NCBI RefSeq assembly: GCF_006345805.1
Contig: NW_021827143.1
Location: 1-10,971, forward strand
Length of the DNA: 10,971 nt
Reading direction: 5' to 3'
Origin: Octopus sinensis
Lineage: Eukaryota
The translations under genes and the position numbers were made by a program. The notes below the pieces were generated by a model. That model had not been told where the DNA came from. It was given only the letters and a program-made list of their open reading frames with translations, and did no database searches. Positions 8,974-10,971 of the stretch are shown piece after piece (positions within the stretch are counted from its first letter, which is position 1; the number at the start of each line of letters is the position of its first letter).

Positions 8974-9505
8974 AGATGTCGAACTGGCAGAGTCTTTAGC
9001 TCAAATACCACCGGTTTCGACTTCCCCTTTCATCATTACTCGGTCAATAAAATCCCTCTTTGCACTCCGTCGGTTACGACGATGACGGTTCCGGTTGATT
9101 CGAATCAACGGAACAGCCTGCTCGTGAAATTAACGTGTAAGTGGCTGAGCACTCCACAGACACGTGCACCCTTAACGTAGTTCTCGGGGATATTCAGCGT
9201 GACTCAGAGAGTGACAAGGCCGCCCCTTGAAATACAGGTACAACAGAAACAGGAATTAAGAGTGAGAGAAAGTTGTGGTGATAGAGTACAGCAGGGATCA
9301 CCACCATCCCCTGCTGGAGCCTCGTGGAGCTTTTAGGTGTTTTCGCTCAATAAACACTCACAACGCCCGGTCTGGGAATCGAGACCGCGATCCTATGACC
9401 GCGAGTCCGCTTCCCTTACCACTGGGCCATTGCGCCTCCTCCAATAAAATAAGTAACAGTTGATCACTGGGGTCGTTGTTATCGATTTATTCCCTTCCCT
9501 GAAAT
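8974..9505 (+). mobile_element. Old SINE family A copy split by the family C insertion (8974-9053 and 9451-9505)
   Basis: GAACTGGCAGAGTCTTTAGC..TCAAATACCACCG..CGACTTCCCCTTTCATC..GGTCAATAAAAT resumes as AAGTAACAGTTGATCACTGGGGTCG after 9450. Confidence 0.65.
9054..9441 (-). mobile_element. tRNA-derived SINE family C (possibly OR1-type) with a 9-bp target-site duplication
   Basis: Minus-strand head GGAGGCGCAATGGCCCAGTGGTAAGGGAAGCGGACTCGCGGTCATAGGATCGCGGTCTCGATTCCCAGACCGGGCG has an A-box-like TGGCCCAGTGG and a B-box-like GTCTCGATTCC. It is flanked by CAATAAAAT at 9045-9053 and 9442-9450. Confidence 0.85.
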
Positions 9506-9679
9506 ATCATGGCTCGTGAGAAAATATGAAACTGATACAGCCGAAGCAAAAGCAGCAGTATAAAATTATGTTTCGGCATTAAAGTCGCACGCTGAATGAT
9601 ATATGTTTTTTCAAGTGTATTTAACATGTAATATATTTCCAATAATTATACGTGATCAACTCGAAAATAAAGAGTTTAC

Positions 9680-9716
9680 AACAGAATTCTTTCGGTCATC
9701 TGCCAGTTGTTCTGGT
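9680..9716 (-). CDS. Candidate short internal coding exon (37 nt, phase 2-0): (x)PEQLADDRKNSV
   Basis: Strong acceptor TATTTTCCTCTACTTTATCAG| (9717 upward) but a weaker donor GTT|GTAAAC (9679). It is open in the frame needed to join exon 7832-7888. The upstream exon(s) would lie beyond the window end. Confidence 0.5.
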
Positions 9717-9976
9717 CTGATAAAGTAGAGGAAAATATTTGTTTTAACAGGCCAGCATTAAGAAATGCTTCACCAACAGATAAGTGGTCCTCTTAGGGAA
9801 CAGGAATACTTTCAGATATTTACAACCACACACATATCAACATTTAAAAAGCGTAATGTTTTGAAAGTGCATTTACATGGTGTGAAAAAATTTTGTTTGT
9901 TTTTCCTTCATCGATCTGCTTTTTTTCTCATCTTTCATTTAAAATAAAATTTTAAAACCCAAGTATTTTATCTCAC

Positions 9977-9977
9977 T

Positions 9978-10041
<64 letters not shown>

Positions 10042-10066
10042 TATAATATATATATATATATATATA
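9977..10066. repeat. (AT)n microsatellite
   Basis: Direct reading. Confidence 0.95.
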
Positions 10067-10105
10067 TTCCTTTACTTGTTTCAGTCATTTGAATGCGGTC
10101 ATGCT
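10067..10105 (-). mobile_element. 3' fragment of SINE family B
   Basis: CCTTTACTTGTTTCAGTCATTTGAATGCGGTCATGCT matches CTTTTACTTATTTTAGTCATTTGACTGTGGCCATAC at about 8555-8590. Confidence 0.7.
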
Positions 10106-10106
10106 A

Positions 10107-10178
10107 TCATACATCTCTAAAAATGCTTATATAGTTATTTCCCTTACAAACCCGAGCAACGCCGAGCGATACTGCTAG
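10107..10178 (+). mobile_element. Helitron-type 3' terminus (short non-autonomous remnant)
   Basis: CCCGAGCAACGCCGAG (imperfect GC-rich hairpin, 10151-10166) is followed after 8 nt by CTAG (10175-10178) and then T, the canonical Helitron 3' layout. Possible A|TC 5' ends at 10107 or 10114. Confidence 0.55.
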
Positions 10179-10763
10179 TATTCTATAAATTTATACTCAT
10201 TTCGTATTAACTTCATTCGTTTTTTGAATGTTTGTTTGAAGCTACGAAAACAAGATTGCAAATAGAGTTTCCTTATATATTTAACCATGACTTGTGTTTG
10301 TGGACATACCACATGTATTGCTCGGTTCTTTTCGTTTAGTGAATAAATATACAAATCTTGTTTATCAATGACGATAAATCGTGTTAAATTCTCTTTCAAC
10401 TAAAATCTGTAATTAAGATTTAATGCTAACATCTAGTCTCTAAAGAATTTTGGAATTAAAAAGAAACCCAAGTATTCCTCAGCTAAATATATTAATCGCT
10501 GATGCTTACTTATTTACGCTTAAAACTATTTAAGAATTTACATTATCCGGCATAAATTGCTCTCATATAAAACACACGCATGGACACACGCATATATGTG
10601 TGTGTATGTGTATAAATTTTCGTTTTCAGCGAAATTTCATGAACGTTGAAACAAAAAGAGATAAAACAAGAAATGTTTATTAAGTGACCGCTCTTATTTT
10701 AATGCTTTGACTCATTAGAGCACGGCGGTGCTGATACAAGTCCATGTAATGTTATATCTCTCA

Positions 10764-10971
10764 GACGGAGAGCTGGCAGAATCGTTAGCACGCCAGGCGA
10801 AATGATTAGCGGTATTTATTCTGCCGCTACGTTCTGAGTTCAAATTCCGCCGAGGTCAACTTTGGCTTTCATCATTTTGGGGTCGATTAAATAAGTACCA
10901 TTTACGCACTTGGGTCAATATAATCGACTTAATCTGTTTGTCTGTCCTTGTTTGTCCCCTCTGTGTTTAGC
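10764..10971 (+). mobile_element. SINE family A copy, cut by window end
   Basis: GACGGAGAGCTGGCAGAATCGTTAGCACGCC...GAGTTCAAATTCCGCCGAGGTCAACTTTGGCTTTCATC...TTTGTCCCCTCTGTGTTTAGC is collinear with 7340-7550. Confidence 0.92.

Noticed and set aside
7340-9441. tRNA-like segments at SINE heads (7340, 8938, 9439) as tRNA genes
   Set aside because: They continue into repeated SINE bodies and lack complete cloverleafs, so they are tRNA-derived SINE promoters.

Overview
AT-rich, microsatellite-dense eukaryotic genomic DNA, most likely from an octopus or other coleoid cephalopod (inferred from three tRNA-derived SINE families that I recall from Octopus genomes; not database-verified). None of the ORFs in the supplied track looks like a real standalone gene, and most are translations of (AT)n, (GATA)n or (AGT)n repeats. 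Reading splice signals on the minus strand reveals the 3' part of a spliced gene: candidate exons 9680-9716, 7832-7888, 6482-6558/6561 and 5328-5418 join in one open frame, ...PEQLADDRKNSV|ETSLGDLALRKRYNKISRP|(Q)IISMIFIQKLFVYMLLCAIFVCIKP-R|QDLTSSENVIDMARERYRIRKVHCRKLCC*. This looks like a single-pass membrane protein ending in Cys-Cys, which I cannot name. Other notable items: a minimal type I hammerhead-ribozyme-like fold (minus strand, 2272-2319) of the kind carried by Penelope-like retroelements, tandem and nested SINE structures, and a short Helitron-type 3' terminus.
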